Assembly (NCBI GenBank): GCA_964247055.1
Contig: OZ176050.1
Coordinates: 3,348,001 to 3,412,000 of the forward strand
DNA from: Paragordius varius
Lineage: Eukaryota > Animalia > Nematomorpha
Direction of reading: 5' to 3'
DNA: 64,000 nt
Shown here: piece after piece, positions 26,232-38,004 of the stretch
How positions within the stretch are numbered: the stretch's first letter is position 1
Layout of the letters: every line of letters starts with the position of its first letter
Program-made: the position numbers and the translations under genes
The notes under the pieces: generated by a model
The model's input: only the letters and a program-made list of their open reading frames with translations
Told to the model about the DNA's origin: nothing
Database searches by the model: none

Positions 26232-27178
26232 ACTGTGTGCAAATAGAGGGTCATTTTGATTTAACAAAAAATTTTTTATTCATGAGATAGCTTATAACCC
26301 GCAATTTTTTTTATTTGTTAACATCCTTTTTTTAATTATTTACTACCTAAACTCACTATTAAATAGCATTCATATTTTATTCTATAGTTTTTTATTTTTG
26401 CATTTTTTTGTCATCTGGTGTATGAATGAATAAAAAATTATAATGTATTTTGGACCTTTTATGAGTGAGAATTATTAAGTATATATTATGGAAAATAGGA
26501 TTTAAAAGTAGTAGAATATCAACCCCGTACAAATCCCAATAAAAATATTGATTTGTCATAAAACAGAAGGGATTTGTAAGGTTTTGGTTGATATTCCACT
26601 ACTTCTAAATCCTATTTTGCATAAATTATGAACTTAATGATTACCACTCATGAAGGTTCCAAAATAAAACAGTATAAGTTTGTTATACACTCATAGATCA
26701 GGAAAAAATGCAAAAAGAAAAAAAACTATATTTTTGGTTTTATTTTGATATATAAGTTTTTTTAATGAATAAAATATGAATGTTAAGATTCTAATAATCA
26801 GTTTGTGTAGTAAATAATTAAATAAAATTATTTTAAGATAGTTTCATAAAAAACTTTTGACTTTTAAGTGTGTCAAGAGAAAAACGCCATCTTTTGAGCT
26901 GAAATTTTTATAAACCCTAACTATATGATATTAGACTATTTATATATTGAAAATATCTCCTAAAATGATAATAAACCATAATATTTCAAATATTATTATT
27001 TTTCGAATTATCCTTAATTATCCTAAATTTTCACCTTTTGCCCGATTTCGATTTTCTTTTAATATTTAAAATACTAGGTTGCCAACAAATAAAAATTTTT
27101 TCGGCAAATGAATACGCTGGTCATAAGTTATCATATGAAAAAAAAAATTTTTTGTTAAAAATTTTTTTGCACACAGTG
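26232..27178. mobile_element. Foldback-like ~950-bp element with long imperfect inverted arms and (C)ACTGTG…CACAGTG termini
   Basis: Ends actgtgtgcaaa / tttgcacacagtg; internal arms 26488-26538 and 26569-26623 are reverse complements, and pairing extends outward to ~26335/26820. Confidence 0.65.

Positions 27179-27237
<59 letters not shown>
27179..27237. repeat. (TA)n microsatellite; others at ~383-418, 5907-5936, 7125-7149, 12338-12359, 52165-52183, 58055-58090, 62503-62535
   Basis: Seen directly; source of the IYIYIY ORFs in the track. Confidence 0.95.
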
Positions 27238-27240
<3 letters not shown>

Positions 27241-27454
27241 TGATGGCAAATTTTCAAATTTTATAGATATATAAAATAATTTATAATACCGAATTTTATT
27301 GGATATTTAGAATCGGTTGTAAATGGATGTGAATTCCTTAAAATTCCATAACACATTTTATATCAAAAATATATGTATATTCCATATTGAATGATTTATT
27401 TATATTGTTTATATAGTCTTAAAATTAAAAGTAAATTGTTAATTAACCTATCAG

Positions 27455-27501
27455 CTTGTGTTGTACAATCGCCATCAAAGGGATTGGTCGATGACAACAA
27501 G
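27455..27501 (+). CDS. Putative small exon (phase 1 to 0), ACVVQSPSKGLVDDNK
   Basis: tatcag|CT TGT…AAC AAG|gtgttt. Phase fits the 25778 donor; duplicated at 40000-40043 with a frame-preserving 3-nt indel. Confidence 0.4.
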
Positions 27502-30166
27502 GTGTTTTTTACAACTGAAACTTAAACATAGTAATTGAAGATTATTTGAAATAAATGGATGGGTTTTGAATATAAAATTGGGAGTCCGGTCGACATTAAG
27601 TATATATGATTTTTTGTAGGATATATAAAGTTTGGTATATAATGCTCAAATAGAGTAAATAAAAAACATTATGTATTTTATATAAATATTTTTTGAGTGT
27701 TTTATTAAATTAGAGATTTTGTAAAATTATAATGATTGTTACAATGAGACGTCAAATAAAATAACGCTTTGATAATTAAGGTTAATTTTTACGTCATATA
27801 AACCCAATCAATTACATTAAATGTAATAAAAAAATTGTTCATAAAAAACCAATTATTATAAGCAAATTTTAAGAGGATTTTCATTTTAAAATTAAACACC
27901 ATTTTAATTTAACTGTTTATTATTGATCAATATAATATTGTATTTTTGAATAATAAACTATTGAGCGCGTTTGTTACGAATCTATGTAAATGTGTAAATT
28001 GCACTTTTTCTGAAAAAGTTTGCCTCCTATCATAAACTGGTATCTTTTAACGAACCGCCATTTATGTCTAGCTATAACTTCTGAGTTAAAAGCCCCTCAT
28101 TCAAATTCAAAAAAATTCATATTTTCTAAAATGTTGCGAACAAAATCTGCCACTATTTTTTAAAATCCCCCACATGTTAAAATTACATTTTTAAAATAGG
28201 TCTCAAAAAATATTATTAAAACCATTTGTCTCACAAATTTTTAGACTAAAAACTAATAATCTTTTAAGGTTTTCCCTGTAAAGAAAATATGTCACCATAG
28301 AAAAGTAACATTGAAGGAAATGTTTGGGAAACACACGGATTAAATTAGAGTTTTGGCTTGCATTATTAAACCAAAATTTTAGTTAAACCCTTTTTTAATG
28401 AGCCCTCGGGTAGGGTTCCACCATCTTTAAAATAATACCATATATAATAACATAGCTTTGGAGTGATCTAAACCCTATTAAACAAATAGATTTGGTTTCA
28501 AATTCGCCCGTTCAAAGGCAAGAATTTTTAAAACTCATTTACAATAATTATCGGGTAGATCTTCAATTTTTTTTAAAATGCGCCAACCATAAAAATAATA
28601 TGGAAAAATTTGTAATGATCAGTTCGAAAAGAGTTTTTGCTTTTTCTTTCATATCAAAGATTTAGTCAGGAGCATATAAAGTTAACTTATAGCTTCGGCA
28701 CACATTTATTAAAATAACGCGCAGAAGCAACATTTAGAAAAAATACGTATAATGGGGTCCTAAGTATAAAGGTAAAAATTTAACCACTTTTTAAATTGGA
28801 CCTCTGCCCTCCAAAAAATCGGTTCTAAAACAATTTTTTATATTAGTGATGCATATAAGTATGATACCAAGCAGTATCTTGAAAACATTATCTACCGTTG
28901 TTCGAAAGAAAAAAACCAATTGATCGTTTTACTTATATATATTAATGTTTATTTTACCCTTTCTAACCTTTGCCTATTTATATAACATATTTTAAATTTT
29001 ATTTGTATTAGAGAACATTTTCTGATAACAAACTAGATTCATTACGGTGCGCATAAAAATTAGTGTGCATTATTAGCTTTTTTAATATTCTTATTGTTGG
29101 ATAGAAAACTTTCCTGCTATTAATTTTAAAAAATTAGGGTCATACTGCGTATATAAAAAAAATATTCTCAAAAAACTGATTTCGACCCCAAATTTAGTAC
29201 ACTATGTAATTATATATGCTAGGGTAAAATGAATAAAGATTCATGGCGCTTTCAATTATGATAGGTCAATTAAATTAAGCTTTATATATATATGCTTAAA
29301 AGTTTTAATTTATAGCAAAATTTATTGGTCTGTATACAATTTTAAGGCATGATGGAAACGGTATTGAAACACTTTAAGATATAAAAACTTTTTTCTATAT
29401 AATTCGATGATGCTGAAAATTTCTATCCTTTAAATTTAAAGGTTCGTTTGCTTTTAAATCAGTGATCTTTTGTGAAAATAATAAAATTTTAAGATGAATA
29501 TTTTAATCAAGGTGATATAAATGAGCATAGGATAAATGTGTTTTTAATCATATTAAAGCGTTTTACCGTTTCCTCAAGCCTCAAAATAGTAATAACAAAT
29601 CTCCTATAATCCAAATTTTTTAAAATATCCATTTTTCAGAAAAAAATTTTTTTGATATTAAATTTAGCATATATATTTAAATTCATGGCGAATTTTTGCA
29701 TTATTTTAAACAAATAGCCCATTATAAAAGAGGAAAAAAATTGGGACTTTCGAAGCCCACATCTTTCAAATTTTTAAAAATATTGTAGGTATTTTTTTGG
29801 TAGTTGATATATTTTAATAAAAGTTTAAAAATGAACCATTTAGACCTCACCAAAATTTTCCATACTGACATGGTACCACAAAAATGTAAAAAAGCACATG
29901 ATAATTCTGATATATTTTCTCATCAGAACATACGGTATGCATTTTATGTTGCTTATTTCACACTATAGTTGGACAATTTGCAACATATTAAAGTTTGGAA
30001 AAAACAACAAAATGTTGAATAAACAATTATTTCCTATTCCATAAGCTCCTGTGTCAGATTGCCCTACTATAGTGTGGAATAAGCAACCATTAAAATGCAT
30101 ACTCTATATATATTTCAACAGGAGAGTGAACAGTTGATTTTAAATTTCTGGCAAATGCATGCTTAA

Positions 30167-30699
30167 ACTTCAATTCAAATTACCCCAAGCTAAATTTATC
30201 TAAATTTTTAAAAAACTGCTGAAGGAAACGGTCCCATTTTAAATTTATGCTTTTATCCTGATAAAAATTATATAAATAAACCAAAATATCTAATTAATTT
30301 TGAAAAAAAAATTCCATGTCAGACTACTTCGAGGCCATTATAGTTTTGCAAAATATCGTTTTCATTTATTTTTAAAGGTAAAATTAAAGCTAATTTTTTT
30401 TAAATTACATCTAACAAGAGAAATAAAAGTGGTTTATTTTGTATTATTTTTCAATTTAACCAATGCACACAAGTTACGTTGACTAAAATTTTACCTTTGA
30501 GTTTCACATCATAAGTAACAAGTATTTTTGGAACTAATTTTTTACGTAATTCGGTTTGGTAATGTTACATAAGTGCAAAATTTTGCCATAGTCCGATTCC
30601 TTCCATATTCTTTGAAGCATTTAATTTTGAACAGGACTGGGGTATCCAACTACCCTAATTTAAATCGAAGGACTGAAATACATATGTTGTATCCCAGTG
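30167..30699 (-). mobile_element. TTAA MITE copy
   Basis: Same body in reverse (gaaggaaacggtccc…ggggtatccaactaccc…agtg|ttaa). Confidence 0.7.
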
Positions 30700-31726
30700 T
30701 TAATACCTAAATTATTAAAATACAAATATCAAAATTTGAATCTACTAAGCTGGACAATATTTTTTAGCTTTATATGTGCCTAAATAATAATTTTTAACAA
30801 AAATTTACACAAATTTGAAGAACAAATTAACACTTCTATTAAAATCGGTAAATGTTCAGTATCATCGGAAAAGGTGTGTATATTAAAACGAAGATATTAC
30901 CAATTCCATATGCTTAAAAATACGTGAATTATAACAAAATTTTCACAAAATTTAAAAATATGCATTTTTTGAAGGTTAATTATAATGACATAATCTAATA
31001 TTATCCGATACACAGTGTAAATACTTTTATTCGAATTTTGATACGCTCTGGATATAATACTACTACTATCTTAAAAGATGAATGTTAAAATATATAGAAG
31101 AAGATTCAATAAAATTTTGCTAAATTTTTAAAAATATTTATTTTTTAATTTTATTGTTGTCATAATCTAGTATTTATCTAAAATTTTAACACGCATTATT
31201 GCGTTTAATGTGGCCGAAAATTTGCGCCATTCTGAAACTAATTATAAGTTCACAATATAATTTAATAATAAAAAATTTAACCATAATTTACGCAAATTTT
31301 GTTTTTTGATACAAAGATCACTCCTTATACCCAAAATCAAAAGCACCATTAGAATCCTGAAACATTAAAAATTATATAATTATCATATTTTTTGTGCGCA
31401 CTGTCTCATGTTATGCCATTACGACTTTCAAATAAGGAGCACTTAAAACAATCCTTCGTAGGCCCAAAAAGAACCATGATAATTACATAATATAAGAATA
31501 TATAATTCGTCAGTATAATTTTTTATATTTTCTTATACTGTGATATTTTAACTAGCCTATTTTATCGTGGTACAAAAGTATATTTTATTGAATTTATAGT
31601 GATAGAAACTATATCATATGTAAAAGAGTTTTTATAATTAGCGCTTTACCCCTTCCCCCATGCAATCGCCATTTTTGAAGTAAATTAAAAAATGCTTTTT
31701 CGATGTTATGATTTTGCTAGTATATA

Positions 31727-32227
31727 TACCAATTTCAAAATTGTCTTTGAACACTTATATTTGGTCGTAGAACACTTCATGTTGTCCTTGAACATTTCAA
31801 GTTTCTTTTTTGTTTTGTTTTTAAGTTTTATCATTCAAATCGTAAATCATTCATTAATTTTATCGTTTTAACCTATTTTCTATTATTTAACATTAAAATA
31901 ACAAGTCATTTACCGTATATCTTTAATCTTAAAATTATTTTGAATATTTATAAGAATTTAACACCTTAAAAAATAGATAAGTTTTTCGGGTTATTATATA
32001 CAATTTTTCATTAAAAACATATAAAAGGTAATAATTTTGTTAAATTGGAAATAGTTTGAAATAAAAAAGTGATATTTGAGTAAAAAATTTTTATTTTTAA
32101 ATAAATATATAAAAAATAAAGAAAATCAATAGAAATAATACATGCAAAAATTAAGATTAAATCCAAATTTAAAAATTTTAAGAACCAACTTGAAGTGTTC
32201 AAGGACACTCTTGAAGCGCAAATGGTA
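31727..32227. mobile_element. TA-target MITE related to 22953-23441
   Basis: Same body; ends gttcaaggacactcttgaagcgcaaatggta|ta. Confidence 0.75.
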
Positions 32228-33156
32228 TATTAAAAATTATTAACGAGCAATATAGGCATTTTTGCGTGATTTTAAGAGAAGCCTATTAGGGGTCCAAATT
32301 GCGAATTTCAGGCGTCCAAACTCAGTCTAATATTGTTTGCATTTTTATGATATGTGTTTTAATATTATTGTAAGAATAAAGCATCTTTTTACCAAAAAAC
32401 ATTATTTAGCTCATGCTAAACGAATCTTGTTAAGCCAAAAAACGAAGGCCATCAGAAATGCATTTTTCTATGAAAAAATATATATATTTCATGCACATAT
32501 TTGACACTGTGATGTTAAAGTTTATCGTTTGATTAATTGGGCTCTTCTTTATATAAACGCAAAGACGAGATGGCGTGATAAGAATTTATATAAATTACGA
32601 CATCCAAATATTTGAATAGATTTTTTTTGACGGATGGTTGACACAACACAAAAAAAATATTGATAAAACGTTTGACAAATTTGCGTTTGGATTTTTACGG
32701 ATGTTATGCTACATCAAGACGTAATACCCTTAATTGGGCGAATTGATAAAATAAAAAATTTTACGATAACGATAATTATTCTATAAAACGAATGTTAATT
32801 CAAACGCCGATGCTCATATCTATTTTACCAATGACAACAACAAAAAGTCCACAATATAGTCGGTATTGGAGTTGTATAATATTTATTTAATATTTTTATA
32901 TTATCTTGCATATTTAAGGTTATTGTGTATATTATATCCATTTCCATTTTAACTAATTGCATAAATTTTATAAAACACCACCCTTTGTCCTTTATTTTAT
33001 CATCGCTAATGTCATTGTATGAATACCATTTTTATGAATTTCATCATTATTAAGCATAATGGATATAACTACTATAAAAACAGACAATCTTTGGCCACCG
33101 ACAAAAAATAAAATTTTAAACACATTCTACAGTAACAAAAAAATGAAAATATAAAC

Positions 33157-33477
33157 CTGTAATCGCTGACGTCGTTGCTTCTTTGTTTACTAAAGATTTT
33201 TGCCTTCTTTTAAAATTAAAAAAGTCCATAAATCTAATTTTTTGATTTAAATTTTGATTGGATGAGCAAGGCTGGATTTGGGTTTTGGGTTCTGTGATAT
33301 TGATATTATGGGATGTTGAATCCGAGTTATCGCGGTTTTTAACGTTTCTCTTAACCGTTTTGAATTTAAACCGATTCCTTAGTTTGTTTGACTCGCCAGA
33401 AGCCATATGGGGTTGACGGCCCCCATTGGCTCTGAAAGACGTGTGAGAAGGTATATCTAGATTTTCAATTTCGAAGT
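33157..33477 (-). CDS. Intact phase 1-1 internal exon (321 nt) of an unrecognised gene family
   Basis: catccag|AC TTC GAA … ATT ACA G|gtttat; open throughout: DFEIENLDIPSHTSFRANGGRQPHMASGESNKLRNRFKFKTVKRNVKNRDNSDSTSHNINITEPKTQIQPCSSNQNLNQKIRFMDFFNFKRRQKSLVNKEATTSAIT. Confidence 0.6.
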
Positions 33478-33658
33478 CTGGATGTTTATATAAAAAAATT
33501 GAATTTCAGCAAACATTAAATTTTTTATATTGATAATTTAGAAATTAAAAGTTATTCTTTGTCTTAACCGTGGAGAATTCTTATCCACAAATTTACCAAA
33601 AATTTATAAAAATATTAATAAAACACATTCTACAGTAACAAAAAATGAAAATATAAAC

Positions 33659-33964
33659 CTGTGATCGCTGACGTCGTTGCTTGTTTGTTTACCGAAACTT
33701 TTTGCCTTCTTTTAAAGTTGAAAAATAAATCTATTTTTTGATTTAAATTTTCATTGGATGAGAAAGACTGGGTTTGGGGTTCTGTGATATTGATATTATG
33801 GGATGTTGAATCCGAGTTATCGCGGTTTTTTACGTTTCTCTTAACCGTTTTGAAATTGAACCAATTCCTAAATTTGTTTGTCTCGCCAGAAGACATATGG
33901 GGTTGGCGGCCTCCATTGTCTCTGGATGTGTGAAAAGGTATATCTAGACTTTCAATTTCGCAGT
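33659..33964 (-). CDS. Second intact phase 1-1 exon copy (306 nt)
   Basis: Same splice sites; three indels relative to 33157-33477 (3, 6 and 6 nt) all keep the frame: DCEIESLDIPFHTSRDNGGRQPHMSSGETNKFRNWFNFK…FFNFKRRQKVSVNKQATTSAIT. Confidence 0.6.
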
Positions 33965-34138
33965 CTGGATGTAATTTATATAAAAAAATTAAATTTCAGA
34001 CATTACATTTTTTATATTAATAATATAGTTAAAAGCTAAGCTTTTTCTTAACCGTGGAGAATTCTTATCTAAAAATTTAACAAAAATTTAAAATTTTTTG
34101 AAACATATTCTACAGTAACAAAAAATGAAAATATAAAC

Positions 34139-34400
34139 CTGTGATCGCTGACGTCGTTGCTTGTTTGCCGAAGCTTTTTGCCTTCTTTTAAAGTTAAAAA
34201 AGTCCATAAATCTATTTTTTTGATTTGAATTTTGATTGGATGATAGACAATGGGGGCCGCCAACTCCATATGTCTTCTGGCGAGACAAACAAATTAAGGA
34301 ATTGGTTCAAGGTTAGAGAAACGTAAAAACCGCGATATCTCGGATTCAACATCCCATAATATCAATATTACAGAACCCAAACCCAAATCCAGCCTTGCTG
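34139..34400 (-). pseudogene. Third exon copy, broken by an internal inversion (~34244-34398) and loss of the acceptor
   Basis: The 3' part is on minus (34139-34243); the 5' part reads on plus (gggggccgccaactccatatgtcttctggcgag…cccaaatccagccttgct). Confidence 0.8.
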
Positions 34401-34548
34401 TATGTAATTTATATAAAAAATAAAATTTCAGGCATTATATTTTTTATATTGATAATTTAGAAATTAAAAGTTATTCTTTGTCTTAACCGTGGATTCTTAT
34501 CCACAAATTTACCAAAAATTTATAAAAATATTAATAAAACACACTCTA

Positions 34549-36328
34549 CAGGGGTGTCCAACACAAATGGCTTGAAGAGCAACCTTTTCGACCTCAAAAC
34601 TCCAAAGAGCCACTTTTTATTATATATCAAGACATTGGTAACAAATAAATTTATTATATTAGCATATAGATGTGCTAATTTTCATATCGAAAAGAAAATA
34701 AACAGTATAAATATAATAATGCTTTGCTAATTAAATTATATCAATGTGTAAAAAAAGACAAAAATACATGGATATGGTAAACTTATTGCAATTCGATCGT
34801 ATGACTAGAGTAGACTGTGGCGAAACTAATCGCCAAAATGCAACCTTTTTTTATCTAATAAAAATAAAAGAATTAAATATTTTTCATTGCATAATTAAAT
34901 TTTTAATGGGATATTTGTTTTGCAATTTTTAATTTATTCAGATCTATATCAATATTTGATACATCACATCTTAATTCATCCAAGCTTTCATCAGAGAATA
35001 AAGAACTTAAAAGAGATGTGTTTTTCATTTAGAAAAAAACTTTCACAAAGATAAGTGAACCCAAAAGCACAAATTAATCTTTGTGCAAAAAATCTTAAAT
35101 TAGGAAATTTATTAAACGTTAAGTTTTATTTGTTTGCCCAAATATTAATTTTAATTCATTATTGGATTGTGAATCTATTAATTCCATTTGTAAATTAATA
35201 GGAACGTTGATAGCTTTAACGTAAAATGAACAAAATAAATCAAATATTTTGTCATATTTTGTCATATCCCCGTGATTATTAAAAGCTTTTAATAATATGT
35301 TAATTTGATCTGCAAATTTTGAAAAATCGTTAGTTTTACCAGCTTTGAATCTAATTCTGGAAAATGTTCAACATTATTTTTTTTAAAATGGCATTCAAAT
35401 CACGTCAATTTTTACAAAACGCTTTAATATGGTTATTCGCATCAACAATTAAATTATCTTGCGTTTGCAAGGATTTATTTAATTGATTTAGTTTTTCAAT
35501 AATATGTACGAAAAAGCATACATCTGACAACCAATCTTCATTGGTTAATTCCTCTACCAAATAATTATTCTGCAATAGAAAAATATTTATTTCTTTTAAT
35601 AAATAATAAAACCTTTTTAGACATTTCCCTACTCACCATCAATTTTTTTGGCGAGTAAATTGGCAGAAATATAACTTGCCTTTATTATCGGATAGGTTGC
35701 GTGAATGATGTTGATTGGAGAATATTAATATTTTTTAAAGATTCAAATTTTATTATTTTCATTTCTGTAGTTCTATTAATTAAATCCTAATGCATGGTAT
35801 TGGCATGTCTTTTTAAATTATATTCGCGAAACCCGTTTGTCGTAAATTTGCAAATAAGGCACTCCGCTTTGTTGAGAATTTGAGGAAAGCCATATTTTAA
35901 TTCCCAGTCGGGATATTTTCTAGATACTTTTTTAGATACCTATTTTTTGCACGTATTTCAATGTTTCAAAGGACCCAAATTACAATTCCCGGTATTGGTA
36001 AGAAAGCTAAGAAATTATTTAAAAACCTATTTTTTGCAAGTAATTTAATGTTTTATTTAATGTAAAAGTTTCATTTGAAGTTGGAAATAACATGCAGGAA
36101 AAAAGTTTTATAATAAATGAATGCGATGATAGATATTTATAATAAAGAATTTTATTAAAAGTTTCTAAAAATAATTTATATGTCATAAAAATGCATGATT
36201 TACATATTAAAATTTTAAAAAAAATTAGAAATTATTTTTTTTAAAAAAAATTTCAAAATTTTTAAAGAGCTACTCAAAATTTTCAATGAGCCACTAGTGG
36301 CTCGCGAGTACCCTGTTGGGCACCCCTG
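34549..36328 (-). mobile_element. hAT DNA transposon (Charlie/SPIN, GTF2IRD2/EPM2AIP1-like transposase), internally deleted and decayed
   Basis: TIRs CAGGGGTGTCCAAC…GTTGGGCACCCCTG; degenerate ctcta(c)ag-type target duplication. Minus-strand remnants KAECLICKFTTNGFREYNLKRH, EDWLSDVCFFVHIIEKLNQLNKSLQ, LQMELIDSQSNNELK and FPNLRFFAQRLICAFGFTYLCESFF match this group's zinc-finger and C-terminal dimerisation regions. Confidence 0.9.
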
Positions 36329-36361
36329 CTCTATACAGAAACAAAAAATAAAAATATAAAC

Positions 36362-36563
36362 ATGTGATCGCTGACGTCGTTGCTTGTTTATTTACCGAAG
36401 TTTTAGCCTTTTGAATCCGAGTTATCACGGTTTTTTACGTTTCTCTTAACCTTGCACCAATTCCTTAATTTGTTTGTCTCGCCAGAAGCCATATGGGGTT
36501 GGCGGCCCCCATTTTCTCTGTAAGACGTGTGAGAAGGTATATCTAGACTTTCAATTTCGCAGT
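36362..36563 (-). pseudogene. Fourth exon copy, internally deleted and frameshifted
   Basis: DCEIESLDIPSHTSYRENGGRQPHMASGETNKLRNWCKVKRNVKNRDNSDSKG* (TAA after a deletion that is not a multiple of 3). Confidence 0.75.
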
Positions 36564-37009
36564 CTGGATGTAATTTATATAAAAAAATTAAATTTCAGAC
36601 ATTATATTTTTTATATTGATAATTTAGTAATTAAAAGCTATTCTTTGTCTTAACCGTGGAGAATTCTTATCGAAAAATTTATAAATATGTGATAAAATTG
36701 TACCAAAACCTAGGTCGAATAAATTAATTAATTAACCTTTTTATTCATTGCTTTAGGATGTTTTTTATTTATCTTTAGTAATCCGGTAATATTTCTTTAA
36801 TATATGAGCGAATTTTACGAGTAATAGAAAATTTCAACAAAAAAGGTGTATTTCCTAATCCAAACCCAAAACAAAAGCACTATATAAATCTTGATAGATT
36901 TTCTTACCAAAACAAATATTTTTAGGATACTTTTTTTGTGCACTGTGTATTTATTTAAGTTTATAATTATTTAGAATCAGAGAAAGAAAAATATATTAAA
37001 AATCCATAC

Positions 37010-37065
37010 CTCATAGGTAGATAATCATTATGTTCAGTATATTTCACAACAAAGCTGTGAGTCAT
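37010..37065 (-). CDS. Putative first coding exon MTHSFVVKYTEHNDYLPM(R/S), left member of a head-to-head pair
   Basis: ATG at 37065, 56 nt open, ends AG|gtatgg. Confidence 0.4.
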
Positions 37066-37373
37066 TGTTTGAAAGCTTATTAGGATACTTTTGGAGATTT
37101 AGAACATTTGTGATGTTTTTTAATTATTTTTTTTTCAATTCCTAATCATAGATTCTTTAATTTAATAAAATTTGGTACTCATTTCTTGTCAATGAATTCA
37201 ATTGTTTACATATTTATTCAAAGATGATATTCTATTTTTCAAACAAACGCAACAATTTTTTAAGCAGATGCATTTTTTTTGTTGTTTTTGCATCAAAAGT
37301 GTCGCATTTTGAAAAATGCTGCATTGATTGAAAAATGGAATATCATCTTTGAATACAAATAAAATTTCATAAT

Positions 37374-37429
37374 ATGACTCATAGCTTTGTTGGGAAATAT
37401 ACTGAACAGAATGAATATATACCTGAGAG
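37374..37429 (+). CDS. Putative first coding exon MTHSFVGKYTEQNEYIPE(R/S), right member of the head-to-head pair
   Basis: ATG at 37374, 56 nt open, ends AG|gtatgg; no indels relative to the left copy although flanking arm sequence has indels. Confidence 0.4.
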
Positions 37430-38004
37430 GTATGGATTTAGATTAGCTTTCATCCTTTCTTAAATAATTATAAAACTTTAATAAATACACAGTGCACACA
37501 CAAAAAAATATCGTAAAAAAATATATTTTGATAAGAAAATCTATCACGATTTCGAAGTGCCTTTGGTTTTGGTTTAATTAGGATTCTTCTTTAGTTAATT
37601 TTCTATAACTTGTAAAATTCCCCCAAATTTTATCAATTAAATATTTATTAAGAAAAGGTTGATACTTATAATCAAAATATGTTAATATATAATAAAGCAA
37701 AACTATTACGTATATAATTAAATTTTAGTAAATATTTTATATCTTCAAGAGTTTGAAAAATACTTAAACATCCATATTAACAAAGTTTTGGCGGTTTTGA
37801 CACCGATTCCTTGCTCTAATTTATCTTGAAATAAGCTTTATCAAAATTTTGTCAAATATAAAAGGTATTAAAGGCATTTTCGATAACTAATTTTAATACA
37901 TAATCTAGCATAGATAAGAGACTGTCACAGTTGCAATCTCGCCTTTTTAGCGTTCATTTTTAGGAAAATTTGCTTATTTTAAAAGGATCGACAGATTTTA
38001 TAAC

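Larger units (their letters stand above)
33110..36690 (-). repeat. Tandem array of four ~480-500 bp units, each holding one copy of an unknown-family exon; unit 4 interrupted by a hAT element
   Basis: Unit markers aacacattctacagtaacaaaaaa at ~33119, 33622, 34103 and 34538 (resuming at 36329), and ttctttgtcttaaccgtggagaattcttatc at ~33555, 34045, 34475 and 36640. Confidence 0.92.
36780..37660. repeat. Imperfect ~0.9 kb palindrome (inverted duplication) centred at ~37285
   Basis: Arm matches: 37212-37260 with 37312-37360; 37031-37065 with 37374-37408; 36938-36972 with 37461-37497; 36875-36920 with ~37521-37566. The left arm has ~140 bp extra (~37075-37210). Confidence 0.9.

Noticed and set aside
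33565-33585. Possible 11-nt microexon (ataag|AATTCTCCACG|gttaag, minus) in each array unit that would bridge phase 2 to phase 1
   Set aside because: Attractive because it would link the MTHSFV exon to the MASGE exon, but 11 nt with a weak AAG acceptor can arise by chance and one unit has a deletion in it. Not supportable without transcripts.
33110-36690. Tandem repeats as a CRISPR-like array
   Set aside because: Units are ~490 bp and homologous along their length, with no short repeat/unique spacer pattern; the context is eukaryotic.
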